Shown here one piece after another: positions 62,254-64,000 of a DNA stretch of 64,000 bases (position 1 is the stretch's first letter; each line of letters begins with the position of its first letter). The position numbers were made by a program, and so were the translations under genes. The notes beneath the pieces were generated by a model. That model was not told the origin of the DNA. It searched no databases and saw only the letters and a list, made by a program, of their open reading frames with translations. Source of the DNA: Lama glama (lineage: Eukaryota); the NCBI GenBank assembly GCA_028534125.1, contig CM052817.1:88538001-88602000 (forward strand), in the 5' to 3' direction.

Positions 62254-64000
62254 CTAAAAAGAAAATGAAAAAGAAGTTACATCCACTAGTGAAGAATTTA
62301 ACAAAGGTATGTTAAAATATTTCTCTATGGTTATTCAAATCTGAAAAAAAATTTAAATTTAATTTAATGGTATTTCAGATGAGGCAAAGAATGATTAAAT
62401 TAGTATATGATGAGACTCTTTTATAGATGACATGGAGATGAATTTTCTTGGTGGCAGCTGAGTCAAATGTAGAGTCTGCTATGTGTTTTATCATTCAGTA
62501 GAATATGTCTTCTCTTTCTCCAAACTTTGCAAACCTACTGATTAATTTACCAATTAAACTATTTCCCCCATATGTCAGCAAGTTTGCAATGAATTTCTGT
62601 ACAAACTTTTATATTTAAAAATCATATCACTGCATGCTCTCAGAGGTAATATGTGCATGAAAGAAGCCATTTAAACTATGACTATTCCAATAATTATGGA
62701 TCTAGTGATGTATAATGATAAAAACACAAACTATTCTGACAGCATTTAAGCATTATTCGTGCCATGCCGAAAACTAACCAAATAAATGAATATTTTGAAA
62801 ATCCTATTTAATCAATAACTCAAAGCACTGAATTCAGATCTTATGTCAATGGACCTCAGGCTGTCCTGGGCAAAAGACAGTGGGTTTTGGGCACTTTTTG
62901 TTTCTTTTGTCTTTTGGACAAAAGACAGTGGTAAAAGACACTGGGTTGCTCGTTTAAAATGATTCCTACATCGCCCCATAATTCCTTTCTTAGTATGTGT
63001 GAGGTGACTTCAAGAGAGATTATTTTTAACAAGATCCCCCTGGGAACTATGGTGTAGGAAAGAAATTATGTGCCCACAGATCACACTTTGGAAAACACTG
63101 CCATTTTCTATTGAAACTAGTCGTGTAGCAGGATAAACACAACAGTCATGGACGAGTGACCAAATCACGTTAAAAGAAATTTCCTCAGAGATTTTCTGTT
63201 TGTATCAGTGTGAAGACCATTGCATGTGTCACCATAGAGAGAAAGAAGATAAGAAAAATACGTGAAATCTCAATAAAAATGAACATCAAAGCTTAGGAAT
63301 TTGTTTTAATAGATGCAAATTAGTGTCTATAAGAAGCTTAAAAGATGACCAATTCATTCATATTCTGAAGAGCTGGAAAGAGAAGCCTATAACTTTAATT
63401 ATTTCAACATATTTTTGCAACCCTGTATACTACACATGTGAGACACAATCATTTTGTAGCTTAAATCACTAATTTATGTAGGCTACAATAAGCCTTCACG
63501 CTGCAAAAGTAAATGACAGATTATTAATGTAGATATTTACATGGCATTCGGATTGAGTAAAATTTTAAGATATAGATTTTTTTTTCTTTGAAATTCTCTT
63601 TTTCTCTCATAAGTGAGATGCTCTGTTACAAAAAAGCTGCCTCCTATTGTTAGTTTATCCTTAAGCAACTATCAGGTATTCTTATAAGAAATACTGTAGC
63701 TTGTTTTTTGAGAAGCTGGTTAAATATAGCTACTATGGGCAGTCTGATTCAAAGGGCTCTTGAGATTCTGCTTGGGTGAACAGCATTGCTGTGGTAGGAA
63801 CATAATGGCTGTTCCTACAGGCAGAGCAAATTTTAGCTACTAGATAAAAGATGTAAATTCAGGTCAGTGCTTTAGTACAAAAAAAAATGTTATTCACAAG
63901 CTAACAAGTGTTCCCTTCCCCACTTGAGGTAAGCATTTCTCTTTTTCAGTAAATCTATATTTTTAAATATTTATCTATTTATATTTTTAAAGTTTCTTAA

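Noticed and set aside
63794..63818. Hairpin gtaggaaca-N7-tgttcctac
   Set aside because: A 9-bp stem is too short for a pre-miRNA and expected by chance in 64 kb
1..64000. CRISPR array, operon or other prokaryote-type system
   Set aside because: The sequence is mammalian; there is no regularly spaced repeat-spacer array and no gene-dense coding region

Overview
AT-rich, CpG-poor mammalian genomic DNA, almost certainly from a camelid (Camelus/Vicugna/Lama). Two tRNA-derived vic-1-type SINEs are present, and I saw no Alu, Bov-tA/BovB or PRE-1 elements. Much of the window is recognisable interspersed repeat: L1 of several ages, L2, MIR, MaLR and ERV solo LTRs, and hAT and Tigger MITEs, plus microsatellites. 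I recognise no known protein-coding gene, rRNA, true tRNA or CRISPR array; the supplied ORFs are mostly chance or repeat-derived. The window looks intergenic or deep-intronic. Best non-repeat signals: (i) four minus-strand candidate exons whose phases chain into a 67-codon-plus ORF (unverified; lncRNA or microprotein candidate), and (ii) two GC-richer promoter-like blocks at about 19.6-19.9 kb and 37.5-38.0 kb. Mechanistic scars are well preserved: a twin-primed inverted L1 with TSDs, a solo LTR with a 4-bp TSD, nested insertions and templated duplications. Repeat subfamily names come from recalled consensus sequences, and boundaries of old repeats are approximate.
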